DNA of 64,000 nucleotides from Anaerolineae bacterium (GCA_034437215.1 DAOTVC010000106.1:30369-94368), one strand, 5' to 3'. Positions 1 through 10,044 are shown, counted from the first letter of the stretch. Translations and numbers: made by a program. Notes: generated from the sequence alone by a model not told the origin.

Positions 1-1445
1 CGCACGTTGATGTCCCAGCGGTAGATGGAGAAGGAGACGAAGGGCGGGATCATCTGCGGCACCACAGCGTACATGATGGTCTGGAGCCGCGTCGCCCCTG
101 TTGCTTGGATGGCCTCGATGGGGCCGGGGTCGATGGACTCAATGGCCTCCGAGTAGAGCTTGCCCAGGGCGGCGATGGTGTGCACCGTCAGGGCCAGGAT
201 GCCGGCGAAGGGGCCCAGCCCCACCCACTGGGTGGCGATGACCGCCCAGATGAGGGGCTCGATGGCCCGCACGATGTTGAGGATGCTCCGGGTGACGTAG
301 TAGATCCCCAGGGTCAAGGGGCTGCCCGACATCAGGTTCTTCGCTGCGAGAAAGCTCACCGGCACGGCGAAGACGATGCCGAAGGCGGTCGCCATCATCC
401 CCAGGAAGATGGTCTCGATCATACGCTCGATACTCAGGAGCAGCGGCTCGCTGGGCTGCAGCGGGCCGATTTCCGAGCTCTGCCGGGCGATGACGTGGTG
501 GATCTGCTCACCCTGAGCGCTGGGCGGCAGCAGTCGGTAGGGCATGGTGACGTCCAGCTCGAAGTTGCCCTCTGCGTCCGTCTCCACCCTGACGTACTCC
601 CCGCGTTCGCGAATCTGAAACTCGTTGCCGATGGGATCCGCCCACCAGATCTCCGTCACGGTATTGGGTTCAAAGTTGCGTCCCTCGAGTTGGAGCGTCG
701 TTCCCGGATCCAACTCGTTGTTCTCGTCCAGAACCGACATCTCCCCGCAGGTAGGATCGGACACCAGATAGGGTTCTCCCTCCACCTCCTCGGGAGTGGA
801 GGGGGGAGAGTCATCGCAGGGCGCCTCGATGGGGGCGCGTGCCTGGAGGACCGCCTCCTCCCGGGTGATTGCGGAAGGCCACGGCCAGAGGATCTGGGAG
901 AGGCGGGGCCAGGTGTCGGAGATCTCCGTGACCGCTTTGTAGACGTCGATCCTGCTGATCTGCCAACCCAGGATGAAGAAGAGCAGCATCACGAGGACGA
1001 AGATGACTACGCCTCCACGCCGCTCGGGATGGGCCTGGCGGTAAGCGTCCCAGACGTTCCAGATCCAGAGGGCGAGGGTGCCCAGGAGCACGGCCCCGAT
1101 GAAGAAGGGGCGCCGTTCCAGGGCCCTCAGCAGGATGGGGATGGCGCCCTCCGCGCGGGGCGCCAGGTCCACAGCGCGCCATGCCAGAAGGCCGATAATG
1201 CTGGCAACGGAGCCGAAGAGCAGTAATCCGCGCTGCAGCTGGCGGGCGAGGAGCTGTCCCAAACCGGGCACAATCAGCGATAGGAGGGCCGCAACGGGCG
1301 GGGGGACGAAGCTGGGGGGCAACTTCGGCTTCCTCGTAAAGCGATCTTCGTCCTGCTCCACCGGCGGGGCCGTGCCCTTCTCACTGTCGCGGTGCAGGAC
1401 CTTCTCCTCGGGCTTCTCGCCCCACGCCCACTTCTCGTCGCTCAT
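1..1445 (-). CDS. phnE: Phosphonate ABC transporter permease PhnE-like. Partial: the 3' end runs off the window start. Appears to carry an extra hydrophilic insert of about 200 aa.
   Basis: Reverse-strand translation from the ATG at 1445..1443 (MSDEKWAWGEKPEE...) gives a TM-rich permease ending ...SIYRWDINV at the window edge. Its start overlaps the phnC stop in an ATGA. The listed + ORF 105..1226 is its antisense shadow. Confidence 0.55.
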   Translation of the reverse strand, partial: MSDEKWAWGEKPEEKVLHRDSEKGTAPPVEQDEDRFTRKPKLPPSFVPPPVAALLSLIVPGLGQLLARQLQRGLLLFGSVASIIGLLAWRAVDLAPRAEGAIPILLRALERRPFFIGAVLLGTLALWIWNVWDAYRQAHPERRGGVVIFVLVMLLFFILGWQISRIDVYKAVTEISDTWPRLSQILWPWPSAITREEAVLQARAPIEAPCDDSPPSTPEEVEGEPYLVSDPTCGEMSVLDENNELDPGTTLQLEGRNFEPNTVTEIWWADPIGNEFQIRERGEYVRVETDAEGNFELDVTMPYRLLPPSAQGEQIHHVIARQSSEIGPLQPSEPLLLSIERMIETIFLGMMATAFGIVFAVPVSFLAAKNLMSGSPLTLGIYYVTRSILNIVRAIEPLIWAVIATQWVGLGPFAGILALTVHTIAALGKLYSEAIESIDPGPIEAIQATGATRLQTIMYAVVPQMIPPFVSFSIYRWDINV

Positions 1446-2236
1446 GCCGCACCTCCCAGACTGCCCTCCAGGCCGCCCCCAACGCGTATGGCCTCCTCAC
1501 CGTAGATCTCCTGGAACTCCTTATCCGTCATCGCTCGAATCTGCTCCCGTGTGCCCCGGTAGACGATGCGACCCGCTCGCAACCCGATGACACGGGTGGC
1601 GTAGCGTTGGACCAGGTCGAGGTAGTGGAGGCTGCAGAGGATCGTGATATCGTCCTCCTTATTGAGAGCCTCCAGGTGCTCCAGGATGGAGTGGGCGAGG
1701 ACGGGATCGAGGCTGGCGACGGGCTCGTCGGCCAGAATCATCTCCGGATCCTGCATCAGAGCGCGGGCGATCCCCACCCGCTGCTGCTGTCCTCCGCTCA
1801 GCTCGTCGGCACGCTTGTAGGCTTGATCCGTGATGCCCAGTCTCTCCAGGGCCTCCAGCGCTTTGCGGCGCTCCTTCTGAGGAAAGCGGTGGAGCAGGCT
1901 GCTCCATTGGTTGACGTAGCCCAATCTTCCGGCAAGAACGTTCGTGATCACATTGGAGCGTCTCACCAGATTGAACTGCTGAAAGATCATCCCGATCTTG
2001 CGGCGAATCTTACGCAGTTCAGCGGGATCAGCAGCCGTGATATCCGCTCCATTCCAGAGGATCTGCCCTTCCGTGGGTTCGACGAGGCGATTGATGCAGC
2101 GCAGCAGGGTGGACTTGCCCGAGCCGCTCAAGCCGATGATGACGAGGAATTCACCCTCTTCGACGGTAAAACTGACCTCCCGCACGGCGACCGTCCCATC
2201 ATCGTAGACTTTGGTCAGGTTCTTGACTTCTAGCAT
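1442..2236 (-). CDS. phnC: Phosphonate ABC transporter ATP-binding protein
   Basis: Walker A GLSGSGKST, signature LSGGQQQRV, Walker B ILADEP. PhnC-like N-terminus MLEVKNLTKVYDDG. The likely start is the internal Met, because the longer ORF would read through the REP palindrome. Confidence 0.8.
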   Translation of the reverse strand: MLEVKNLTKVYDDGTVAVREVSFTVEEGEFLVIIGLSGSGKSTLLRCINRLVEPTEGQILWNGADITAADPAELRKIRRKIGMIFQQFNLVRRSNVITNVLAGRLGYVNQWSSLLHRFPQKERRKALEALERLGITDQAYKRADELSGGQQQRVGIARALMQDPEMILADEPVASLDPVLAHSILEHLEALNKEDDITILCSLHYLDLVQRYATRVIGLRAGRIVYRGTREQIRAMTDKEFQEIYGEEAIRVGGGLEGSLGGAA

Positions 2237-2280
2237 GGTCTCCTCAATTCCCTCCCTCACAGGCGCGCAGTCTACGTGCT

Positions 2281-2327
2281 CGTGAAACGTGAAACGTGAA
2301 ACGTATGCCTTCACGTTTCACGTTTCT
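2281..2327. repeat. REP-like palindromic element: three copies of GTGAAACG followed by two copies of the inverted CGTTTCAC
   Basis: Read directly: cgtgaaacgtgaaacgtgaaacg tatgcc ttcacgtttcacgtttc in the phnD-phnC intergenic gap. The same core recurs at 53.2 kb and 59.9 kb. Confidence 0.55.
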
Positions 2328-2368
2328 TAACAGCCCGGGCACGCGTTGAACGCGCTCAGGGCAGTTAC

Positions 2369-3268
2369 CTACTGCAGATCCTCGACGTCCATGCCCGAGG
2401 CCTGCAGCACCTGGCGGAAGGGGTCATAGAACTCGTCCCCTGCCTCGACCAGACCGGCCCACTGGTAGGCGGTGTTCAGCGCCTCCGCGCCCTCTTCCGT
2501 CTCGGCGACCGCGAGCAGACCGTTCACGATGCGCTCCTGAAGCTCCTCGTCCATCCCGGGGATGAACTGGACGCCGTCGTTGGGAATGTCCGTGGTCACG
2601 CCGACGACCACAACCTGCTCCATCACATCGGGGCTTTCCTCTTCCAGGCGGGTGCGAGCATCCACGTAGGTTGCACCGGCATCGCAGTCGCCGTTGTAGA
2701 CGGCGGCGACGACAGCATCGTGGCTGCCGGCATCAACGATCTCCGCCAGATCGGTATCGGTGTTGATCCCCGCCGCGCGCATGGTGAGCATGGGGATGAT
2801 CCAGCCGCTGGTGGAGAGGGGGTCGGGCCGGCAGAAGGTCGCTCCTGCCAGATCCTCGACGCTGGTGATGCCGCTATCGGCCCGGGCGATGATCTGCCCG
2901 TTGTAGGTGGGGCTGCCGAAGCGTACGGAGACCAGCTCGGCCTCGATGCCGCAGGTCTCGTTGGCCAGGACGTAGGCGAAAGTTGCCAGCGAGCCCATGT
3001 GGGCCTCGGGTGGGTCGGCGCACATCGCCTCGATAACGCCGGCGTACTCGGTGGCCACGTTGGTCTCGAAGAAGAGCCCTGTCTCCTCCTGTAGGAGAGT
3101 GGCGACATCTTCTGCACCCGTTGCCACCCGTTCCATCTCCCCTGAGGGAACGAAGGACCAGATGATGGGATTCTCCTCAGTGCCAAGTTCGGCCTCCCGC
3201 TGGCAGGCGCTCAACAGGAGCGCCGACAGCAACAGCAGCCCGACGATCACCAACAGACGCTTTTTCAT
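2369..3268 (-). CDS. phnD: Phosphonate ABC transporter substrate-binding lipoprotein
   Basis: Lipoprotein signal MKKRLLVIVGLLLLSALLLSAC with a lipobox. Periplasmic-binding-protein-like sequence. Adjacent to phnC and phnE. Confidence 0.7.
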   Translation of the reverse strand: MKKRLLVIVGLLLLSALLLSACQREAELGTEENPIIWSFVPSGEMERVATGAEDVATLLQEETGLFFETNVATEYAGVIEAMCADPPEAHMGSLATFAYVLANETCGIEAELVSVRFGSPTYNGQIIARADSGITSVEDLAGATFCRPDPLSTSGWIIPMLTMRAAGINTDTDLAEIVDAGSHDAVVAAVYNGDCDAGATYVDARTRLEEESPDVMEQVVVVGVTTDIPNDGVQFIPGMDEELQERIVNGLLAVAETEEGAEALNTAYQWAGLVEAGDEFYDPFRQVLQASGMDVEDLQ

Positions 3269-3447
3269 GAGATTTCCTCCTTATGGAAATAAACGGGTTA
3301 CGACTCATCTATGATGATAGAGGTGGGTCGCAGAAAAGTCAACCTGAAGTTTTCTTGTCTTCCGCACCTACCGTGCTATCATTGGCTTGATCGCTATACC
3401 GCCATCGATGGGGCAGAAGACCTGCCCATCTTTTGAGGAGACTGCTG

Positions 3448-6400
3448 ATGAAACGAAACACCCTTCGTTCACAAGTTTGGATGCTGGCGTTGGTGTTTCT
3501 GCTCGTATTCCAGGCGTGTACCCAGATCCGGAGCCCTCTGGAGACTGCTACTCCCGAGGGTGAAGCGCAGGACGGGCTGATGCCCGACCTCGATCTTCCG
3601 CCTGCCGTGGTGGAGTTCACCCCACGACCCGGTCAGGAGCTGGCGCCCGATGACGTGGTCGTCAAGGTACGCTTCGATCAGGACATGGATCGGGAGAGCG
3701 TTGAAGACGCTCTCAGCTTCTCCCCGCCCCTCGAGGGCGAGGTGAGCTGGCAGAACGAACGGACCCTCGCCTTCCGTCCTCAAGGGCTGGCGGCCGCGAG
3801 CCGCTATCACGTCTCCCTGAGCCCGGAGGCGCAGTCGGCGGAGGGCCGAGCGCTGGGCCAGCCGTTGGCCTTCACCTTCTCCACGGTGGGGCCTCTGCAG
3901 GTGACGCGCGTCAGCCCTGAAGCGGGAGCCGACGATGTGCGGGTCGACGCCCCCCTGTTCATCGCCTTCAATCGTCCCGTCGTGCCCGTCAACTGTACAG
4001 GGGCCGTTGCCGGCAAGATCGACGAATGTCCGGCGCTGTCCCTGTCCTTCACGCCTCCCATCAACGGTGAGGGCTTCTGGATCAACACCTCCCTCTATCG
4101 CTTCACACCGCGTCTCGGCTGGGACGCCGGACGTGTCTACCGGGTGCAGCTGGCGTCGGGGATCAGCAGTATTGTCGGCGCGACCATGGACGACTCGTAC
4201 ACCTGGTCCTTCTCCGCTGCGCTGCCCCGCATCCTGGACGTTCAGCCGTCTTTCAAGGAAGAGGATGTGCCCCTGGAGACCGGGGTCGTGGTGACCTTCA
4301 ATACTCCCATGGACCCCGAGGCGACGGGCAGTGCCTTCTCTCTCGTCTCGGAGGCCGGAGCGCCCGTGCCCGGTGGGCTCACCTGGCGTGACAACGGCGC
4401 CGTCCTCGTCTTCACCCCCACCCAGCAGCTCGACCTGGGGACGCGTTACCTGCTGCGCTTGGGAGAGCGGGCCCGGGCCCTCACGGGGGCGCCCATCGAA
4501 GCGTCCTTGGACTCCTCCTTCACCACGGTTCCCTATCCCGCTCCGGTCTCCATCGTGCCTGCCGACGATACCTCAGGCGTCCCCCTTTACGACTCGGTGC
4601 GTGTGGCCTTTGCCGGCGCTATCAGCCCGACGACGGTGCTGCCCCACGTTGTGGTGACGCCGTCGGTGGCGCAGAACGATCTCTACACTTACTGGAGTGG
4701 GAACATTCTGAACCTCTCCTGGGACAAGGAGCCCCGTACCGAATACTGCGTCCGCATCGCGCCGGGCATTCAGGACCGTTACGGTAACGAGACGACCTCA
4801 TCGCTGGCCGCCTGCTTCACCACCGGTGATCTGCCCCCCGTCTTCGCCCCCGCTACCGGGGGGAATGCGGCAACTCTGGACGCCGCGCAGCCGGCGGAGC
4901 TCTACGTCGTCTCCCGCAATCTGACCCGCGTCTCCCTGAGCCTGTTGTCGATGAGCGAGCGGGCTTTCATAGGTTCTCAAGAAATTGCAGGGGAAGAGGT
5001 GCGGGGTTGGACGGAGTCGTTGGCCGGAGAGCCCAACGAGGCGCGCATCAGTCCGTTGGTCCTCACCCGGCAGGGAGGCCCTTTGCCTACCGGCTACTAC
5101 GGCCTGCGTTGGAGCGCCCCCCAGGATGGCGGCTGGCGTCAGGATTTGAGAATCGCCGTCGTCGACCGGCACGTCACTTTGAAGGTGGCGACGGAGGAGG
5201 CGCTGGTCTGGGTGACGGATTTGCAGAGCGGTGAGCCGGTCGCCGGGGCCGAGGTCCGCCTGCTCGACGAGCAGGGCACGTTGATCGCCGGTGCGACCAC
5301 CGACAGTCAGGGGATTGCGCGTACTCCCATCGAGGCGCGGAAGAATCTCTGGGATCGCGTCGCCGCTGTGGTCGGTAGACCCGGCGAGGAGGGTTTCGGG
5401 GTCGCCCTCACGGGTTGGAACGCCAACGTGACCCCCTGGGAGTTCGGCATCGATGTGGACTACGGAGGGAAGACGCCCTACTATCTCTACCTCTACTCCG
5501 ACCGGCCCATCTACCGCCCCGGTCAGACGGTGCACGTGCGCGGTATTCTGCGGGAGGAGGCGGACGTCCGCTACTCGCTGCCCGATCTGCAGCAGTCTGT
5601 CGAGGTCCGGCTGCGGGACGTGGACTGGAACGTGGTCACGACGAATACTGTCACGCTTTCGGAGATCGGTGGTTTCGATACGGCCTTCGAGCTCTCTCAG
5701 GGAGCCGCTGTGGGGCTCTACGCCGTGGAGGCCCTGGTGCCCGGCGTGGAGCGGGTCTGGCAGCTGCCTTTCGCGGTGGCTGCCTACCGGAAGCCCGAGT
5801 TCGAGGTCAGCATCACCCCCGAGAGGGATGACGTCCTGCAGGGAGAGACCCTGCGTGCGGTCGTCGACGCTCGCTACTACTTCGGCGGACCGGTGAGCAA
5901 TGCCCGGGTGGCGTGGACGGTGCGTGCGGCGCCGTCCGTCTTTGATCCGCCCGTGGAGGGTTGGTGGAGCTGGGGGCCGAGTGGGGGCAGGGTGTTGAGC
6001 CACGAGCCTATCGCCCGTGGTGAGAAGACGACCGATGGTGAGGGACGGGTGCTGTTGGAGATCCCCGCCGAGCTGGTCGAGCCCGAGAACGGTGAGCCGC
6101 CCTCCTCGCAGGAGTGGGAGATCGAGGTCACCGTCACCGATGAGAGCGGTTTCCCGGTGAGCAACCGGGCCCCGGTGACCGTACATGCAACGCGCTTCTA
6201 TCTGGGCCTCCAGCCCCGGGAGTGGGTGGTCCGGGCCGGGGAGAAGACATCCGTCGACCTCATGGCCCTGGACTGGCAGGGGGCGCCCGTCTCCAATCAG
6301 GAGGTGGAGGTCACCCTCGCCCAGCGGGAGTGGTACCGGGAGCGCTCTGCGGAGCCCTTCAGCTCTCCTCGCTGGGCCTACACGGACACCATCGTCTCCA

Positions 6401-9396
6401 CCCTCAACGTCACCACCGGCGGTGATGGGAGCGCTGAGGCGGTGGTGACACCCCCCAGGGGGGGCTCCCACGTGCTGATCGCCCAGACGACGGACGAGGA
6501 CGGGCGCCCGGTACGCACAGAGGTTGCTCTCTGGGTGAGCGGTCCCGATGCGGCTGCCTGGCAGATGGCGCAGGGCGAAATCACGCCGGTGGCGGATGTC
6601 CAGACCTACCGTCCGGGCGATACCGCCTCCATCCTGCTGCCTACGCCCTTCGAGGCGCCCTTTGAGGTGCTCATGACGCTGGAGCGGGGCGGCATTCTCG
6701 AGGTCCGGCAGTTCGAGGCCACCGAGGCTAACCCTATCGTGGAACTTCCCATCACGGCCCGGCACGCTCCGAATATCTACGTCTCTTTTGTAGTGGTCAA
6801 GGGGGCCGTAGGGGAGGAGGGCGGGACGCCCGACGTACGCGTGGGGATGCTGGAGCTGACGGTGGAGCCCGTGGCGCAGACCCTGCAGGTGGAGCTCACT
6901 GCCGATCAGAGCCGCGCCTATCTCCCCGGGGAGGACGTGACCCTTACTGTGCGCACCGTCGACTCCGCCGGTAGAACGGTGGATGCTGAGGTGGGGCTGG
7001 CGGTGGTGGACAAGGCCGTGTTGGCCCTTCAGGAGCCCAATGCACCTGCGATCCTCGACGGCTTCTACAATGAACGTCCCCTGGGCGTGGTCATGGGCGA
7101 TTCCCTGCTCGTCTCTCTGGATCGGATTGCGGAGGAGCTCGAGCAGGATGCCGAGCGGATGGCGGCGGAGCTCTCCATGGGCGGTATCGGTGGCGGTGGC
7201 GGTGGGGACGGTATGGCGATGCTCGGAGAGATCCGGAAGGAGTTCCCCGATACGGCTCTCTGGCGTGCGCAGGTGCGCACCGGTCCCACCGGCGAGACTC
7301 AAGTGACCTTCGAGCTGCCTGACTCGCTGACGACCTGGGTGGCCGATGCCCGGGCCGTGACCGCCGACACGAAGGTGGGCAGCGAGACGCTGGAGTTCGT
7401 CGTCGCCAAGCCGCTCCTTATCCGTCCGGTGACCCCCCGGTTCTTCGTCGCAGGAGATCGACCGGAGGTGGCGGCCGTCGTCCACAACAACACCGGGGAG
7501 GAACTCGACGTGACGGTCTCCCTGGAGGCCCTGGGGGGCGCCGTGGCAGAAGAGTCCGCACAGGTGGTGACGGTGCCCGCCGGGGGCAGGACCCGGGTGA
7601 CCTGGTCCCTTGCCGTCCCGACGGCCGCGACGGGCGAGGTACTGTTGAACTTCTCCGTCGCAGGGGGTGGGTACGAGGACGCCACCCGTCCGACCCTGGG
7701 GCAGCCGCCCGAACAGGCGTTGCCCGTCTACCGTTTCGAGATCCCCGACGTCATGGGGGTGAGCGGGGTGCTGGACGAGGCCGGGAGCCGCATCGAGGCC
7801 ATCGTCGTCCCCCCCGAAGCGGGACCCGACACCGAGCTCCACGTGCGCCTCGAGCCCTCACTCGCCGCCGGTCTGCTCTCGGAACTGACCTACGTCCAGA
7901 ACGCGTCGTACAACACCACCGAGCAGATCGTCAGCCGCTTCCTGCCGAACGTGCTCACCTACGGGGCGCTGCAGAGCCTCGGTGTGGAGAACGTCGCGCT
8001 CGAGGAGAAGTTGGAGCTCGTCGTACGCGACGGGCTGGACCGCCTCTACGGACGCCAGAACGAGGATGGAGGTTGGGGGTGGTGGAGCAACAGCGAGAGC
8101 GATCCTCAGATCAGCGCCTACGTCGCATTGGGGCTGTTGCGGGCGCAGCAAGCCGGCTTCACCGTTCGAGAGGAGGCGCTGGAGCAGACGCTGGCCTATC
8201 TCGTGGAGGTGCTGCGCGCCGAGCTGCAGCGGGAGCCGCGGGCGTGGGCCCAGGAGCACGCCATGGCGCTCTACGTCTTGACCATCGCTGAGGAGACCTG
8301 GCCCAGCGGCGCGGCCGGAGCCCTCTACGCGGCTCGAAATGACCTGGAAGTCACGGGACGGGCCTATCTGGCGCTGGCTTTTGGATTGGCCGACGACACT
8401 GACCGCCGTACGGTGACGTTGCTCGAGGATCTCCGGGCGGAGGCGGAGGTCACCGCTTCGGGCGCTCATTGGGCGGATGCCGATGCGCGTCGTTGGACCA
8501 CCGACGTGCGGGCGACGGCGGTGGTGCTCGATGCGCTGGTGAACCTGGCCCCGGACGACCCTCTCGTGCCCCAGGCGGTTCGCTGGCTGATGACGGCTCG
8601 TCGAGCCGACCGCCGTACGTCGACGCAGGAGGTCGTCTGGACGCTCATCGCGCTCACCGACTTTATGGCGCAGACGGGGGAGTTGGACGCCGACTACGTC
8701 TGGGGGGTGGGGCTGAACGGCGCCGAACTGGGCGAGGGACAGATTACATCCCGGGAGGTCACGGAGGTGGCGGAGTTCGAGGTGCGCCTCGCGGACAATC
8801 CGGCCGGGGGCTTGGTGCGCAGCGTCACGAATGGCCTGGAAGTGTCGCGCGGCGAGGGCGCCGGGCGTCTCTACTACCGCGCCGACCTCTCTCTCTACCG
8901 CTCCGTGGAGGGCGTGGAGGCCGAGAGCCGGGGGATCATCGTCGAACGCAGCTACTGTGCTGTCGGCGGAGGGGCAGGAGAGAGCGAGGAGTGCCGGCCC
9001 ATCTCCATGGCGAGTGCAGGAGATCTGGTAGAGGTACGGCTGACCCTGACCCTTCCGGAGATGCGCCACTACCTGGTCCTTGAGGATCGGTACCCGGCAG
9101 GGATGGAGCCCGTGGATCCGACGCTGCTGACGGAGCAACAGGATCAGCCGGCGCCCGGCATGTTCGAGGTCGCTTCCACGCGTTGGTGGTGGGACCCCTT
9201 CGATCACCGCGAACTGCGGGATGAAAGGGCGCTCTTCTTTGCCCAGGAGCTGGCGGCGGGTACTTATCAGGTCCGCTATCGCCTGCGGGCTGCCATTCCC
9301 GGTGAATACCGTGTCCTGCCCGCCAGGGCCTCGGAGATGTACTTCCCGGAGGTCTGGGGGAGGACGGGCGGTGCTCTCTTCAGCGTGCAACCCTAG
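3448..9396 (+). CDS. Alpha-2-macroglobulin family lipoprotein (MG domains, YfaS-like). The thioester CxEQ motif is absent.
   Basis: About 1,980 aa. Lipoprotein signal with LVFQAC lipobox. Repeated MG-like beta-sandwich segments. GGWGWW and ...ASYNTTEQIV... stand where a CLEQ thioester would normally be. GAGGAG RBS 8 nt upstream of the ATG at 3448; the track start at 3433 is a TTG. Confidence 0.7.
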   Translation: MKRNTLRSQVWMLALVFLLVFQACTQIRSPLETATPEGEAQDGLMPDLDLPPAVVEFTPRPGQELAPDDVVVKVRFDQDMDRESVEDALSFSPPLEGEVSWQNERTLAFRPQGLAAASRYHVSLSPEAQSAEGRALGQPLAFTFSTVGPLQVTRVSPEAGADDVRVDAPLFIAFNRPVVPVNCTGAVAGKIDECPALSLSFTPPINGEGFWINTSLYRFTPRLGWDAGRVYRVQLASGISSIVGATMDDSYTWSFSAALPRILDVQPSFKEEDVPLETGVVVTFNTPMDPEATGSAFSLVSEAGAPVPGGLTWRDNGAVLVFTPTQQLDLGTRYLLRLGERARALTGAPIEASLDSSFTTVPYPAPVSIVPADDTSGVPLYDSVRVAFAGAISPTTVLPHVVVTPSVAQNDLYTYWSGNILNLSWDKEPRTEYCVRIAPGIQDRYGNETTSSLAACFTTGDLPPVFAPATGGNAATLDAAQPAELYVVSRNLTRVSLSLLSMSERAFIGSQEIAGEEVRGWTESLAGEPNEARISPLVLTRQGGPLPTGYYGLRWSAPQDGGWRQDLRIAVVDRHVTLKVATEEALVWVTDLQSGEPVAGAEVRLLDEQGTLIAGATTDSQGIARTPIEARKNLWDRVAAVVGRPGEEGFGVALTGWNANVTPWEFGIDVDYGGKTPYYLYLYSDRPIYRPGQTVHVRGILREEADVRYSLPDLQQSVEVRLRDVDWNVVTTNTVTLSEIGGFDTAFELSQGAAVGLYAVEALVPGVERVWQLPFAVAAYRKPEFEVSITPERDDVLQGETLRAVVDARYYFGGPVSNARVAWTVRAAPSVFDPPVEGWWSWGPSGGRVLSHEPIARGEKTTDGEGRVLLEIPAELVEPENGEPPSSQEWEIEVTVTDESGFPVSNRAPVTVHATRFYLGLQPREWVVRAGEKTSVDLMALDWQGAPVSNQEVEVTLAQREWYRERSAEPFSSPRWAYTDTIVSTLNVTTGGDGSAEAVVTPPRGGSHVLIAQTTDEDGRPVRTEVALWVSGPDAAAWQMAQGEITPVADVQTYRPGDTASILLPTPFEAPFEVLMTLERGGILEVRQFEATEANPIVELPITARHAPNIYVSFVVVKGAVGEEGGTPDVRVGMLELTVEPVAQTLQVELTADQSRAYLPGEDVTLTVRTVDSAGRTVDAEVGLAVVDKAVLALQEPNAPAILDGFYNERPLGVVMGDSLLVSLDRIAEELEQDAERMAAELSMGGIGGGGGGDGMAMLGEIRKEFPDTALWRAQVRTGPTGETQVTFELPDSLTTWVADARAVTADTKVGSETLEFVVAKPLLIRPVTPRFFVAGDRPEVAAVVHNNTGEELDVTVSLEALGGAVAEESAQVVTVPAGGRTRVTWSLAVPTAATGEVLLNFSVAGGGYEDATRPTLGQPPEQALPVYRFEIPDVMGVSGVLDEAGSRIEAIVVPPEAGPDTELHVRLEPSLAAGLLSELTYVQNASYNTTEQIVSRFLPNVLTYGALQSLGVENVALEEKLELVVRDGLDRLYGRQNEDGGWGWWSNSESDPQISAYVALGLLRAQQAGFTVREEALEQTLAYLVEVLRAELQREPRAWAQEHAMALYVLTIAEETWPSGAAGALYAARNDLEVTGRAYLALAFGLADDTDRRTVTLLEDLRAEAEVTASGAHWADADARRWTTDVRATAVVLDALVNLAPDDPLVPQAVRWLMTARRADRRTSTQEVVWTLIALTDFMAQTGELDADYVWGVGLNGAELGEGQITSREVTEVAEFEVRLADNPAGGLVRSVTNGLEVSRGEGAGRLYYRADLSLYRSVEGVEAESRGIIVERSYCAVGGGAGESEECRPISMASAGDLVEVRLTLTLPEMRHYLVLEDRYPAGMEPVDPTLLTEQQDQPAPGMFEVASTRWWWDPFDHRELRDERALFFAQELAAGTYQVRYRLRAAIPGEYRVLPARASEMYFPEVWGRTGGALFSVQP

Positions 9397-9428
9397 GTGG
9401 ATGAGGGTGATAACCTATTGAGGATTTA

Positions 9429-9457
9429 TTGACTTTTCGAAGTGGCTCTGCTATAGT
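9429..9457 (+). promoter_or_regulatory. Sigma70-like promoter: TTGACT, 17 bp spacer, TATAGT
   Basis: Read directly: ttgacttttcgaagtggctctgctatagt, about 40 nt upstream of the 9496 CDS. Confidence 0.4.
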
Positions 9458-9495
9458 GAAAAGGTCTTGTTTATTACAACGGGGGAGGAGTTCAT

Positions 9496-10044
9496 ATGTC
9501 GGATATTAAACCTGAAGTCGAGCGCTCTGTTACAGAAGAGGTACAGATCAGCCGTCGTCGTCTGTTGAAGGCTCTGGCTGCCGCCGGGGGGGCCGTCGCG
9601 GTCTCCAGCATGTTGCCCAAGAACTGGGAGCAGCCGGTGGTCGAGGGTGGGGTGCTTCCCGCTCACGCTCAGGTCTCGGAAGAGCCGGTGCAATACATTA
9701 TTCGCTGTGACTCTGTCCCCGGTGGGGGGGACATTCTACTCGATAGCGACTATATCGGTCTTCTGGCAGACGTGACGGCTACGGTGGAGGTGTACCAGGG
9801 CAGCGGCCCCGTCGCAGATATCGACGTGACGATGGAGTGCTCGACACCCGAGTGGCCGCAGTTCAATCCATCCCTGCCCCAGGTGGCGACTACGGGCAGT
9901 TCGGGCGTCGCCAGTTTCGGTGATTTCGAGATCACGGGGGAGGGGGGCGAGAGCTTCTTACTGGAGTTTGCCGCCGTCGACCCGGTCAACGGCACGCCCC
10001 TCACTTGTACCTGCGGTGTCTTCCGCCTGGTACAACCGCAGTAG
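9496..10044 (+). CDS. Tat-signal secreted hypothetical protein
   Basis: Twin-arginine motif SRRRLLKALAAAGGAVAVSS. GGGGGAGGAG RBS. No recognizable catalytic motifs. Confidence 0.5.
   Translation: MSDIKPEVERSVTEEVQISRRRLLKALAAAGGAVAVSSMLPKNWEQPVVEGGVLPAHAQVSEEPVQYIIRCDSVPGGGDILLDSDYIGLLADVTATVEVYQGSGPVADIDVTMECSTPEWPQFNPSLPQVATTGSSGVASFGDFEITGEGGESFLLEFAAVDPVNGTPLTCTCGVFRLVQPQ

Noticed and set aside
105-1226. 373-aa + strand ORF at the window start
   Set aside because: Low-complexity Gly/Asp/Arg-rich translation. It lies exactly antisense to the PhnE-like permease frame, which has a proper start, RBS context and ATGA coupling to phnC. This is a typical high-GC shadow ORF.
3269-3447. Possible divergent promoters between phnD and the alpha-2-macroglobulin gene (TTGTCT-16-TATCAT)
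   Set aside because: Hexamers are weak and the spacer is off-consensus. This was noted but is not strong enough to list as a feature.
4798-7842. 1,014-aa minus-strand ORF inside the alpha-2-macroglobulin gene
   Set aside because: Antisense to a coherent 1,982-aa domain-bearing ORF. Arg/Gly/His-rich nonsense composition. No RBS.
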